From Alphaproteobacteria bacterium (GTDB lineage Bacteria; Pseudomonadota; Alphaproteobacteria; MPNO01; UBA830), in NCBI GenBank assembly GCA_964291215.2, contig OZ219791.1:2720001-2784000 (forward strand): 64,000 nt of DNA, given 5' to 3'. The notes under the pieces were generated by a model. That model was not told the origin of the DNA. It made no database searches and saw only the letters and a program-made list of their open reading frames with translations. Shown here one piece after another: positions 29,375 through 39,642 of this stretch (its first letter is position 1; each line of letters begins with the position of its first letter). A program made the position numbers and the translations under genes.

Positions 29375-31452
29375 CCCAAGTTCAGAGGTCCTGACCTCGT
29401 GAGTTGACTTGATCAGTCCGTGATCCCTTTTTCACAGTACAATGAATGATTTGACCGGTTTTGTGCTTGACAACAGAGCCGCATCGTGGTCCAATATAAT
29501 ATGATGCTTGTAATGGGATGATCCCGACCCTGAACACGTTCGCGATGCACCCGTCTGAAGCCCCGTCCCGATCGGGACCTCGTGCTTCTCCCTTGCCAAC
29601 GTCGACGTACCGACCGTCTTGTTCTCGAACCTGAAGCCCTTCGACTGCCAGACAACGCACGCAAACTCGGCCTAGAAGCATCACCCTGATTTGGAAACAT
29701 CGAAGCCGAGGTCAGGACGTCTGAAGTTGGCACTTTTTGCGGCCTGGAATTTTTATCACGTTGCGCGATTTTTTTGTCGACCGATTTCAACATGGCACCT
29801 GTTGAATTCTGTCAGCTTGTGAGGCGGCTCCTCGTGCGGCGGGTTCGACACCAGCCGCCGAGGAGATTTCGGCGACCTCGGCGGTGCGTGTCCTGTCGGT
29901 TGACGATCAATGCGCGCAGGCGCTGGTGACCCTGGTTCCGCATGCTCTCGCGGATTGATGTCTGGCACTTGTCGATGCTCCGTGCGGGGATCAGATGCAC
30001 CGCGGCGAGCACGGCGATCAACAGGTGGGCGGCGATGCGCTGGCCGGGCGCAATCCGGGCTCGGATTTCAATGAACGGAAGGTGGCCTCGATATCCGTGA
30101 TCCATGTCCTGAGGACGGTCTCGATATCCCGGTCGCTGGTGCGCAGGCGCCCGCGTTGTCTTGTCGTCTGTGGCTGAAGGCCGTTGCGTTGGCCTTCTCG
30201 ACGGTGATCTCGTAGTGCCGGGCGACGGTGGAGAAGCGCTGCCTGAGACCGCTCTCCGGCACCTTGTCGTGGCGCCGGCCCTTGGAGGTGAAGCTTGGCT
30301 GCCTCGAAGCCCTGCGGCCAGGAATGGCGTCCTCGGCCCTCTTCCTGCTCTCGCTGACCACGCCGCGCCATCCTCGCTGGCAAGGCGCCTGCACCTCGTG
30401 GTTGGTGATCAGCCTCGGGCCCACCCTCGGGCGCCGCCGCCCGCGATCCAGCCGTGCTCGCCACGCGATGTTCGCCTCGGTGCCGGCGTCCATGACTACC
30501 GTCGGCTTCGCCGCCCGCCTCCAGCCTCGCCAGCGCATCCGTGCCCGGCCACGTTGCCCGGCAAGACCTCGCAACTGCGCCGAAAGCCCGCGCCGTCGAG
30601 TACCAGCGTGGGGCAGTCATTGCGCTTCTGCTTCGAGCGCCCGAAGCGGGGGAGCTTGCCGTCGGTGCGGCCGTGAACATTGGTGAGGTCGTAAAGGCGA
30701 TGGTGTCGGGGATGCAGCGCGCGCTCGCGGTTGAACAGCTCCTGGCGGCCCGGTGGCGCAGGTCGCCGATGCGGTACAGCGCCTTGCGCTCCAGATCCGG
30801 AAGCTCCGCGGTCGCGCTGTCATCGCGCAACCAGCGCTCGCTGGCGGATCATCCTGGCGACGATCAGCGCACTCGTGATGCCGAGGTCGTGAAGCCGAGA
30901 TCGCGCCTCGAGGTACAGGCAGCCGACCGGGCGCGGGTTCTCGAGGCTGTCGAGGTTGACGGTCGCAATTTGCGTGCGTCTTCCTCCGGAGCGTCGGCGC
31001 GGAACCTCCGGGCCCCTGTTGACGATGTCCTGCGGCCTGCACGCGGCTTCGAACAGCGGTGGGCGGCCGTGGAGCAGCGCTTCGGCGGCAACCTCCTTCC
31101 GGTTCTTGCGCGCCACCGGATGGTCGGTGCCGAGGCAGGGTGCGCTGCCTGACCTTGTCGCCGATGCGTTGAGAAAGCACGAGCCGGTGGACGGGTTTGC
31201 CGTCTGCGGTGCTGCGGGTTTTGGTTGCCCTGATGAACATGTTGGCTGGAGGCTTTTGTGTTGACGAGGCTCCGGATATACCGGGTTTGGCTGCGGGGCG
31301 AATCGGCAATATTCTGGCACCACACCGGCCATCCTGGGCAGGAAATCACATATAGAGTTGGTATATGCACATGACGCATCAATATATAGTATATGGAGCG
31401 GGGCTGCCGCATAAACTTCGCCTTCGACTGACGCAAAAAGTGCCAACTTGGG
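29375..31452 (-). mobile_element. Degraded IS1634-like element flanked by TTAA
   Basis: MFIRATKTR..HRLV.S.RIGDKVRQRTL, VVMDAG, IEATFRSLKSE and AHLLIAVLA. The reconstructed TIR CCCAAGTTGGCACTTTTTGCG matches 31432-31452 inverted. Confidence 0.8.
29383..29723. mobile_element. 341-bp MITE inserted inside the IS1634-like terminal repeat
   Basis: 17-bp TIR CAGA(G/C)GTCCTGACCTCG with one mismatch, and a 5-bp TSD AAGTT at 29378-29382 and 29724-29728. Confidence 0.85.
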
Positions 31453-31786
31453 TTAAAGTAAGGTTTTGCTGTCGGATCGTGGCGGTAGATTACCATTTCG
31501 AGTTGAAACCGGTGAAACTTGGTCAGGCGCGAGCGGGTAGGCCCGAGCGTGGTTGAGCCGCGCATCGAGGACCGGTTCCCGGAGATTCCGCCGTCGCCCG
31601 GTTCTTCAGAGCCGAGGCTTACGAGGCCGCCGGGGCGTAGTTGCTCCACATTCACCTAGCACGGGATTCTATCCATGAGATGGCAGAGCCGATCATTGAG
31701 AATATTGCAACCGATGACTTTGGCCGATAGACCTTCGCTAAATTGCGAGCTGCTCTGGGTAGCATCCGCACATCCGGTGCTGCTTC

Positions 31787-34700
31787 TTGGACAGCGAGAA
31801 TTCGAGAGAAACAGTGACGGCGGAGCAGCTTTTTTCCAGATCCGTTTCGGTCGATCTTGAAGTCGATCCGACCACCGGCCGGATTTATAGATTTGCGGCC
31901 GTCCGTCCGGTAATGAGCGACGCCTGCTGCTATCGTGCCGGCGACCTCGCGAAGGCGCTGCTCGCGCTGGATGCGTATTCCTCTGGCGCCGACTTCGTAC
32001 TCGGCCACAACGTGATCCAGCACGACCTGCTCCATCTGCAGGAGGCGAATGCCGAACTGCAGATCCTGACGAAACCACCGATCGACACACTCTGGCTCAA
32101 TCCACTCGCCTTTCCCCGCAATCCTTACCACCGCCTGGTCAAGCACTACAAAGACGGGCGGCTACAGGCCGGAAACGCCAGTGATCCTGAAATCGACGCC
32201 GGGCTCGTCCTGACTCTTCTGCGAAACCAACTGGCCGCGTTCCGTGAACTCGCACGAACTGATCCCGACCTCCTCTCCGCCCTCCATTGGCTCGCCACAT
32301 CGAATGGAAACCCGCAAGGCTTCGATGCGGTCTTCCGGTCGGCAAGGGACGCGCCCAGGCCTGGCGCGCAGGAGGCTCAGCGAGCCATCCGGAACGTTCT
32401 TGTCGGTCGAGCCTGCACCCACCAGATCGAGCTGGCGATCCCGGAAGCCCAGCGAACCGGTTGGCCGTTCGCCTATGCACTCTCTTGGATGTCGGTAGCC
32501 GGCGAGAACTCCGTCATGCCACCCTGGGTCCGCCACCAGTTTCCCGAGGCGGGTGCACTGGTCCGAAGACTCCGCGACACGTCCTGCGTGGATCCCACCT
32601 GCGCGTGGTGCCGGTCCTGGAGCGACCCAGCGAGACTGCTCGAGCAGTGGTTCGGCTTCGCGGAGTTCCGGCCGAAGCCGGCGGGCGGGGACGGACGCTC
32701 CCTGCAGGGGACCATTGTCGCGGCGGCGCTCGCCAAGTCCTCGATTCTCGGCATCCTCCCGACCGGCACCGGCAAGTCGCTCTGCTATCAGCTGCCGGCG
32801 CTGGCCGGCTACCACCGGACCGGCGCGCTCACGGTCGTCATCTCGCCGCTCGTCGCGCTCATGGCCGATCAGGTCGCTAGCCTGAAGCGGCAGGGCATCT
32901 CGTCCTGCGTCACCGTCAACGGGCTCTTGTCCCGGCCCGAGCGGCAGGACGCGCTCGATCGGGTTCGCCTCGGCGATGCCTCGATGCTGCTGATCTCGCC
33001 GGAGCAACTCAGAAACCTCTCGGTGCGGTCAATCCTGGAGCAGCGGGAAGTGGGCTACTGGGTCGTCGACGAAGCGCACTGCGTCTCCAAGTGGGGGCAC
33101 GATTTCCGGCCGGACTACCGGTACATCGCCCGTTTCATCCGGGAGTATTCGGGAGACGGCGAACCGGCTCCGCTGATCTGCCTGACCGCGACGGCCAAGC
33201 CGGGAGTTATCGACGACATCTGCGAGCATTTTGAGGAGAGGCTGGGCGTCGACCTCCAGCGGATTGATGGTGGCGTGCACCGGGACAATCTCTCGTTCGA
33301 AGTCATCGAGACCGACAAGACCGGCAAGCTGGGCGACATCGTCGCGGTTCTCGAGAACGCGCTGCCTGCGGAAGGCGTCTCAGGTGCGATCGTCTATTGC
33401 GCGACGAGAAGCGCGACCGAGCGGGTGTCGGGCTTCCTCAAGGAAAAGGGCTACGCCGCTGGCCACTACCATGCGGGCCTGAAGCCGGAAGCCAAGCTGG
33501 AGACGCAGAAGCAGTTCGCGAACGGCACGCTCCGGGTCATCGCCGCCACCAACGCCTTCGGCATGGGAATTGATAAGTCCGACATCCGCCTTGTCGTTCA
33601 TGCCGACATCCCGGGCTCGCTCGAGAACTATGTCCAGGAAGCCGGGCGCGCCGGGCGCGACGGGGAGCCCGCCCGCTGCATCCTGCTCTACAGCAACGAC
33701 GATATCGAGAAGCAGTTCAGCCTCTCGGCGCGTTCGCGTCTCGACAAGCAGGAGATCGCCGCGATCCTGAAGTCCTTGCGACGCCTCGGCCGGCGATCGA
33801 AGCGGAAAGGCGAGGTGATCGCCACGCCAGGCGAGATCGTCAAAGAGGATGTGGACGGCGACTTCGGACGGGAAAGGGATACTGAGGATACCCGGGTGAA
33901 GATCGCTGTCTCGTGGCTCGAAGAGGCGGTGCTGCTCAAGCGCGACGAGAACTTCGTGCGGGTGTTTCCGTCGTCATTGAAGATCCGGACCATCGACGAA
34001 GCGCGCACGCGGATCGACGCCGCCGATACCACCCCGGCCTACCGGACCAGGCTTCTCCGGCTCGTACGCAGCCTGCTGGATACCCCGCCCGACCGTGGCA
34101 TCTCGACCGATGAGCTCTGCGGCGAGTCCGGCCTGACACCGGCGCGGCTGCGCAAGGCACTCCACTTCCTCGAGGCGCTCGGGATCGCCTCCAACGACAC
34201 CGCGATCACGGTCTTCATCCATCTCACTGTGGAGGATTCCTCCAGCAAGCGCCTCGCCGAGGTCTCCGGTCTCGAGAAGGATCTGCTCGACCAGTTCCGG
34301 GAGCTCGCGCCGGACCTCGAGCGGGGCCAGCTGTCCACCCTCAACCTCAGGCTCGCCTCGCAGCAGCTCCGGGATGCGGGTCACACGACGGTCCGACCTG
34401 ACATCGTCGAGACTCTCGTTCGCGGGATTGCGCGGGATGGTCGGGAGGATGCTGAGGGCACTACCAGCTTCCAGGTCCGCAAGATTGACCGCCAGCACCT
34501 CTCTCTCCGGCTGCAGCGCAGCTGGGAAAAGCTCACGCTCACCTCCCGGCTCCGTCGCCGTGCTGCTTCCGTGCTGCTTGCTTCGCTCACCGGTTTTGCG
34601 CCGCCGAACGCTCGCGGCAAGGACGTGCAGGTCGCAACCACCCTCGGCGCTCTTATCTCGGCGCTGACAAGCGATCTCGAGTTGGCGCAGGAGATCACCG

Positions 34701-36913
34701 ACCCCTCGAGCCTTCTCGACCATGCCCTGCTGTGGCTCCATGAGCAGGGAGCGGTGACGCTGGGTCGGGGGCTCACCATCTTTCGTCCGGCGATCACCGT
34801 CCGGCTCGAGCCAGGCAGCCGGAAATTTACCGAGACCGACTTCCAGCCGCTCCATATCCACTATGACGAGCAGACGCTCCAGACCCATATCATGGCGGCC
34901 TATGCGGAGCGCGGCCTGGACTCGATGAACGCTGCGCGCCGTCTGAGGAACGATTATTTCACGCTCGACCGGCGGGCATTCGTCGAGCGGTGGCTGCCCC
35001 GCAGCGCGGCTGCACTGCGCCGTCAGACCACGCCCGAATCCTGGCGCGGCATCGTCGAATCCCTCGGAAACGCCCACCAGGCTCGAGTTGTCGCCGACGA
35101 TCGTGAGCAGACCAGTGTGCTGGTGCTGGCCGGTCCGGGGTCCGGCAAAACACGCGTCCTCGTGCATCGCCTCGCTTACCTGATCCGGGTTCGCAGGCAG
35201 GATCCGCAAGGTATTCTCGCACTCGTCTACAACCGCCACGCCGCGATCGAGATACGACGCCGGCTTGTAGATCTTCTTGGCGACGATGCCCGAGATGTGA
35301 CGGTATCCACATGTCACGGCCTGGCGATGCGCCTGGTCGGGGTAAGCTTCTCCGGGCAGTCCGGTGAAATGTCGGAGAGAGACTTCGACAAGATCCTTGA
35401 GCAGGCGATCTTGCTGTTGAGGGGCAATGGTCTTTCCCGCGACGAGGCCGAGGCGCAGCGCGATACGCTGATCGAGGGTTACCGCTGGATACTGGTCGAC
35501 GAGTATCAGGACATCGGGCCGAATGAGTACGAACTGATCGCGGCTATCGCTGGCCGGTCGGCCGAGGATGAGGACAGCCGCCTCAGCCTCTTTGCCGTCG
35601 GCGACGACGACCAGAACATCTATGCCTTCAGAGGCGCATCCGTCGCATTCATCAGGCGTTTCGAGGAGGACTATGCGGCGCGCCCGGTCCATCTCATCGA
35701 AAACTACCGCTCGACGGCAAACATCATCGATGCTGCGAATTTGCTCATCGCTCCGGCTACGGGCCGCATGAAGGCCGGTCACGACATCGTCGTGAACCGC
35801 AGCCGGCGGAGAGAACATCCCGGAGGCGATCTTGAACGGCTCGACCCCATCGGGAGCGGTCGGGTTCAGATCCTGCGGGCACCCAATGACGAAGCCGTCC
35901 AAGCCGTCCTGGCGGTGAGCGAGCTGGAGCGCTTGTCCCGGCGGATCCCCGACTGGAGCTGGGACAAGGCGGCGGTGATCGCCCGCAACTGGCGTCAGCT
36001 GGGACCGGCCCGGAGTTATTGCGAGACGCATGACATCCCGGTTCAGGCCGCATCCGACGATCCACCGAATGTGTGGCGCCTGCGCGAGACACAGAGCTTG
36101 GTTGACTGGCTCAAGGGGCGGACCGGTTCCCCTGTCCTGGCCGGCGACATTGCGGGCTGGATCGGTCGACAGCCGACCGGGCACTGGTGGTCACTCCTCA
36201 GAGAGGGCCTTGACGAACTCTTTCTTGAGCTCGGTGACCGCGAGACCGACCGCATGGACGTGATCGAGTGGCTTGCCGAATGGGGGCGCAACGCCCGAAA
36301 ACGCCAGACCGGCTTGTTGCTTCTGTCGGCACACCGGGCCAAGGGCCTCGAATTCGATGATGTGGTCATTCTGGACGGAGGCTGGGACCGGCCTTCGAAC
36401 GGCGATGACGGGGACGCCGAGCGCCGGCTCTACTACGTCGCGATGACGCGTGCCCGGCGCAGCCTGGCACTTGTTTCGATGGGAAACCGCCATCCCTTCA
36501 TCGACAATTTGGGCGGACCAGTGGTAACCCATCGCTCCCCGAGCGTGAACGGCCACGATGCGGCGGATTGCGGAAGGATCTACCGGACACTCAACCCGTC
36601 GGAGGTCGACCTGGACTTCGCGGGGCGGCTGGCCAACGGTCATCGGACCCTTCAGGCCCTCGACAATATCGCTGCCGGCGACCCGGTTGGCCTGAAACAA
36701 GACGGCGACCGCTGGCTGATCATTGACCGGCACTACGTTGCAATTGGCTGCCTGGCCAGGAAGTTCGAGCCACCCAAAGGCGCCACCTTCGTCGAAGGCA
36801 GCGCCCATGCAATCACCAGGCGATATCGGTCCGATTCTGCAGAGAGCTTCCAACAACAAATCCGCCAGGAACGGTGGAATGTCGTGCTTCCTGAGCTGGT
36901 CTACACCCCCTAG
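31787..36913 (+). CDS. Large RecQ (SF2) plus UvrD-like (SF1) double helicase with an N-terminal DEDD-exonuclease-like domain; start uncertain
   Basis: N-terminal VDLE/GHN/IDTL. RecQ motifs PTGTGKSLCYQLP, DEAHCVSKWGHDFRPDY, ATNAFGMGIDK, QEAGRAGRDG. UvrD motifs AGPGSGKT, DEYQD, VGDDDQNIY.FRGA, NYRS, HRAKGLEF, RLYYVAMTRAR. Confidence 0.93.
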   Translation: MDSENSRETVTAEQLFSRSVSVDLEVDPTTGRIYRFAAVRPVMSDACCYRAGDLAKALLALDAYSSGADFVLGHNVIQHDLLHLQEANAELQILTKPPIDTLWLNPLAFPRNPYHRLVKHYKDGRLQAGNASDPEIDAGLVLTLLRNQLAAFRELARTDPDLLSALHWLATSNGNPQGFDAVFRSARDAPRPGAQEAQRAIRNVLVGRACTHQIELAIPEAQRTGWPFAYALSWMSVAGENSVMPPWVRHQFPEAGALVRRLRDTSCVDPTCAWCRSWSDPARLLEQWFGFAEFRPKPAGGDGRSLQGTIVAAALAKSSILGILPTGTGKSLCYQLPALAGYHRTGALTVVISPLVALMADQVASLKRQGISSCVTVNGLLSRPERQDALDRVRLGDASMLLISPEQLRNLSVRSILEQREVGYWVVDEAHCVSKWGHDFRPDYRYIARFIREYSGDGEPAPLICLTATAKPGVIDDICEHFEERLGVDLQRIDGGVHRDNLSFEVIETDKTGKLGDIVAVLENALPAEGVSGAIVYCATRSATERVSGFLKEKGYAAGHYHAGLKPEAKLETQKQFANGTLRVIAATNAFGMGIDKSDIRLVVHADIPGSLENYVQEAGRAGRDGEPARCILLYSNDDIEKQFSLSARSRLDKQEIAAILKSLRRLGRRSKRKGEVIATPGEIVKEDVDGDFGRERDTEDTRVKIAVSWLEEAVLLKRDENFVRVFPSSLKIRTIDEARTRIDAADTTPAYRTRLLRLVRSLLDTPPDRGISTDELCGESGLTPARLRKALHFLEALGIASNDTAITVFIHLTVEDSSSKRLAEVSGLEKDLLDQFRELAPDLERGQLSTLNLRLASQQLRDAGHTTVRPDIVETLVRGIARDGREDAEGTTSFQVRKIDRQHLSLRLQRSWEKLTLTSRLRRRAASVLLASLTGFAPPNARGKDVQVATTLGALISALTSDLELAQEITDPSSLLDHALLWLHEQGAVTLGRGLTIFRPAITVRLEPGSRKFTETDFQPLHIHYDEQTLQTHIMAAYAERGLDSMNAARRLRNDYFTLDRRAFVERWLPRSAAALRRQTTPESWRGIVESLGNAHQARVVADDREQTSVLVLAGPGSGKTRVLVHRLAYLIRVRRQDPQGILALVYNRHAAIEIRRRLVDLLGDDARDVTVSTCHGLAMRLVGVSFSGQSGEMSERDFDKILEQAILLLRGNGLSRDEAEAQRDTLIEGYRWILVDEYQDIGPNEYELIAAIAGRSAEDEDSRLSLFAVGDDDQNIYAFRGASVAFIRRFEEDYAARPVHLIENYRSTANIIDAANLLIAPATGRMKAGHDIVVNRSRRREHPGGDLERLDPIGSGRVQILRAPNDEAVQAVLAVSELERLSRRIPDWSWDKAAVIARNWRQLGPARSYCETHDIPVQAASDDPPNVWRLRETQSLVDWLKGRTGSPVLAGDIAGWIGRQPTGHWWSLLREGLDELFLELGDRETDRMDVIEWLAEWGRNARKRQTGLLLLSAHRAKGLEFDDVVILDGGWDRPSNGDDGDAERRLYYVAMTRARRSLALVSMGNRHPFIDNLGGPVVTHRSPSVNGHDAADCGRIYRTLNPSEVDLDFAGRLANGHRTLQALDNIAAGDPVGLKQDGDRWLIIDRHYVAIGCLARKFEPPKGATFVEGSAHAITRRYRSDSAESFQQQIRQERWNVVLPELVYTP

Positions 36914-37544
36914 AGTGTGTCATTACACGTTGAACGGACATCATGCAGCACCGCCTCACTATTCCCTCATCACCTGCCTTCCCTCGGCTGCTCTTGGCGG
37001 ATAGAAACCGGACCGTACCCGCAATGGAAACGCGCCGCCCGGGCGACGACCTGCACCAACGCCAATCGGGATTTCGCATTGAGACGGCAAATTCTCGTCA
37101 CGAGTTGTTGTAGCTGATTCCGATGTTGCTGCTATACTACTGGGTGGGTAAGAACCATCGTGGCGAGTAACTGCTCACCCCCTGATTCCAGCTTGATGTC
37201 GGGGTGACAGCCGATTGGTTTGCAGGGAGGCGGATGACTGTCGGCCGCCTTTGGGAAATTGGGGATCGGGCAGTGGTCAGTGCGCCGCAAGCGACCAAAT
37301 CCGGACGTCCTGTAGATCTGCCGGGTTGGGCCAACCGGCTGCCGGCCTCGCGCGGGCGAAGCCGGAAACTCGGATCGGGAATGCGCCTTCGACACACCGT
37401 CACAACCAACCGGCGCAAACAGATCCTGCTCAAGACGCTTGGCTCGGGTCCAAGACTTGCCCTGCTCGTAGCCCGGAATCTTCAGCATCGTGATCCTCTC
37501 CCGTCGAAGTGGTCCATCCTCAGGCTATGGAAAGAGGAGGACCG

Positions 37545-38020
37545 ATGATGGCACGGAAGCGTTACAAGCCCGAGGATATCGTGGGTCTGCTGCGGCAGGC
37601 AGAAGTCCTGCACGGGCAGGTCATGTCGATGGCGGACGCGATTCGACAGTTCAGGATCAGCGAGGCCACTTTCTACAGGTGGGCAAGGAGTATGCCGGGA
37701 TGAGCGGCGATCAGCTTTGCCGTCTGAAGGATCTCGAGAAGGAGAACAAGCGGCGGCGCCGTGCGGTCCCGGACCTGAGCTGGACAAGCAGATTCTCAAG
37801 GAAGCCGTGGGGGGAAACTTCCAGGCCCCTCGTGCCGCCGCCAGTGCATCGACCATGTCTGCGACCGGATCGAGGTCTCGGAGCGCCGGGCCTGCCGGGT
37901 ACTGGGGCAGCACTGCTCGACCCGGCGCTGCATCCTGTGCGGTCGTGACGACGAGGACCGCCTGGTCGCCGACGTGATCGAGCTGACCCGCCGATATGGC
38001 GGTTACGGCTATCGACGGCT
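37545..38020 (+). pseudogene. IS3-family orfA/orfB remnant
   Basis: MARKRYKPEDIVGLLRQAEVL..ISEATFYRW, LKDLEKEN, SERRACRVLG and YGYRR. Confidence 0.8.
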
Positions 38021-38243
38021 CGCGGCGTCGCTGCACGAGGAGTTCGAGGCAGCCAAGGCCCGGGTCTCGGCGCTGCGCGCGGCCGGCAAGGTGTCCGAAG
38101 AGGTCGATTTCGTGATCCGCGTGTTGTTCACCTTGCTGAGCATCCTGATTGCCGTCCTGCTGGAGAAGACGACCCGCAAGACCAGCGCCAACTCCGGACT
38201 CCCGCCATCGCAGACGGACAAGGACGAGCGGCGGCAAGAGCGC

Positions 38244-39440
38244 TAGTAGTCCACCGGCATTGTATTGATGGTTTTTTTGTGGGTAGTATTTCCGTGTCGG
38301 CATCCGTTGGAATCTGGACAGTGCCGATATCCACACGGGCAGATGCCGAACAGGCAGGCAGCCCCATGCGCAGGTCCGGACAACGGGCATGCCCGCAGGT
38401 CTTCGGCGCAATGACAGGAGCGTGGCCAACTCTCAGGGCAGGAAGCTCTACCGGATGATCCTTTCGGCGCAGGAGCGCCGGGATCTGAAGGCGATCGGGC
38501 ACCGGGGCTGCCTGGCACAGGTCCTGATGCTGAGGGGCGCTTGTCGATGCCGACATTGCGCTGGGCACGGCGACGGTCGAGCGCTTGCGCAAGCGCTGCG
38601 GGGTCCGGAGGCCGCCCTCAGCCGCAAGGAGCAGGTGAACCGTCGGCCGAAACGGGGCGATGGAGGCGAAGCTGGTCTCATCCCCGCCCGAGGGCTGTGG
38701 ACGCTGAAGCTGCTCGCCGGCGTCTGGTGGAGATCGTCGAGCGCATTTCGGAAGAGACGGTCAGGAAGACGCTAAAAAAAAGAGATCAAGCCGTGGCTGA
38801 AGCAGTACTGGTGCATTCCACCGCACCGGAGCGCACAGTTCGTAGCGGCGATGGAGGATGTGCTTGACACTTATCAGCGGGACTTTGCCGGGGACGAGGT
38901 GCTGAGACCAGCCGGCAGCAGACGAAGGAAACCCGCATCCCCCGTCTCGTGCGGCCCGGTCAGCCGGAGGTGGTCGACTATGAATATGAACGAAACGGCA
39001 CGGCCAACCTCTTCCTGGCCTTTGCGCCCAACGAGAACTGGCGCACGGTGAAAGTCACCGACCGCCGCGGGACTGGGCGCACTTCATCCGGGAGCTTGCC
39101 GACGACCATTTCCCCGACAGGAAGATCGTGCTGGACAATCTGAACACGCACAGTCGCTGTATGAAGCCTTCGAGCCCGAGGAGGCGGGTGCGAAAGCGGT
39201 TCGAGTTTCGCTACACGCCCAAGCACGGGAGCTGGCTCAACATGGCCGAGATCGGTGCGCTGTCGCGGCAATGCCTTCGGCGACGCATTCCCGACCGTGA
39301 CACCATGCGGCGGGAGACGGCAGCATGGGTGGAACGGCGCAATGCGGCCGATGTCACTGTCGACTGGCGTTTCACGACGAAGGATGCCCGGACGAAACTG
39401 AAGTCTCTATATCTGTCAATCCAATAATGCCAGACTACTA
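38244..39440 (+). mobile_element. IS630-family element, degraded (copy 1)
   Basis: Ends TA-GTAGTCCACCGGCATT ... AATGCCAGACTAC-TA. Motifs WTLKLLA, DYEYERNGTANLF, LDNLNTH, YTPKHGSWLNMAE and WRFTTKDAR. A8 slippery run. Confidence 0.9.
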
Positions 39441-39642
39441 GTGTAGTGTCCCGTAAATAAGTGTGATATATTTTCGGTCTCTCTCGCAACAGGAGGCCTT
39501 TCGATATGCCCCGCGGCCGCCAACTTCCCCTCTGGTTGCCCACCGAAAATCCACATCCCCTTTCGTATGGGTCGTAACCGCAGATTCGATCTTCGACAAG
39601 CTTGAAAGGTTATATGCGCGTATTTGCAGGACACAACACTAG
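39438..39642 (+). mobile_element. About 200-bp internally deleted IS630 derivative
   Basis: Inverted ends CTAGTGTAGTGTCCCGTAAATA / TATTTGCAGGACACAACACTAG. Retains only the MPRGRQLP start and PFVWV.TADSIFDKLERL end of a transposase. Confidence 0.8.

Noticed and set aside
38773-38780. A8 run (A7 in the other copy) as novel recoding
   Set aside because: This is the usual programmed frameshift position of split IS630 transposases, in dead copies.
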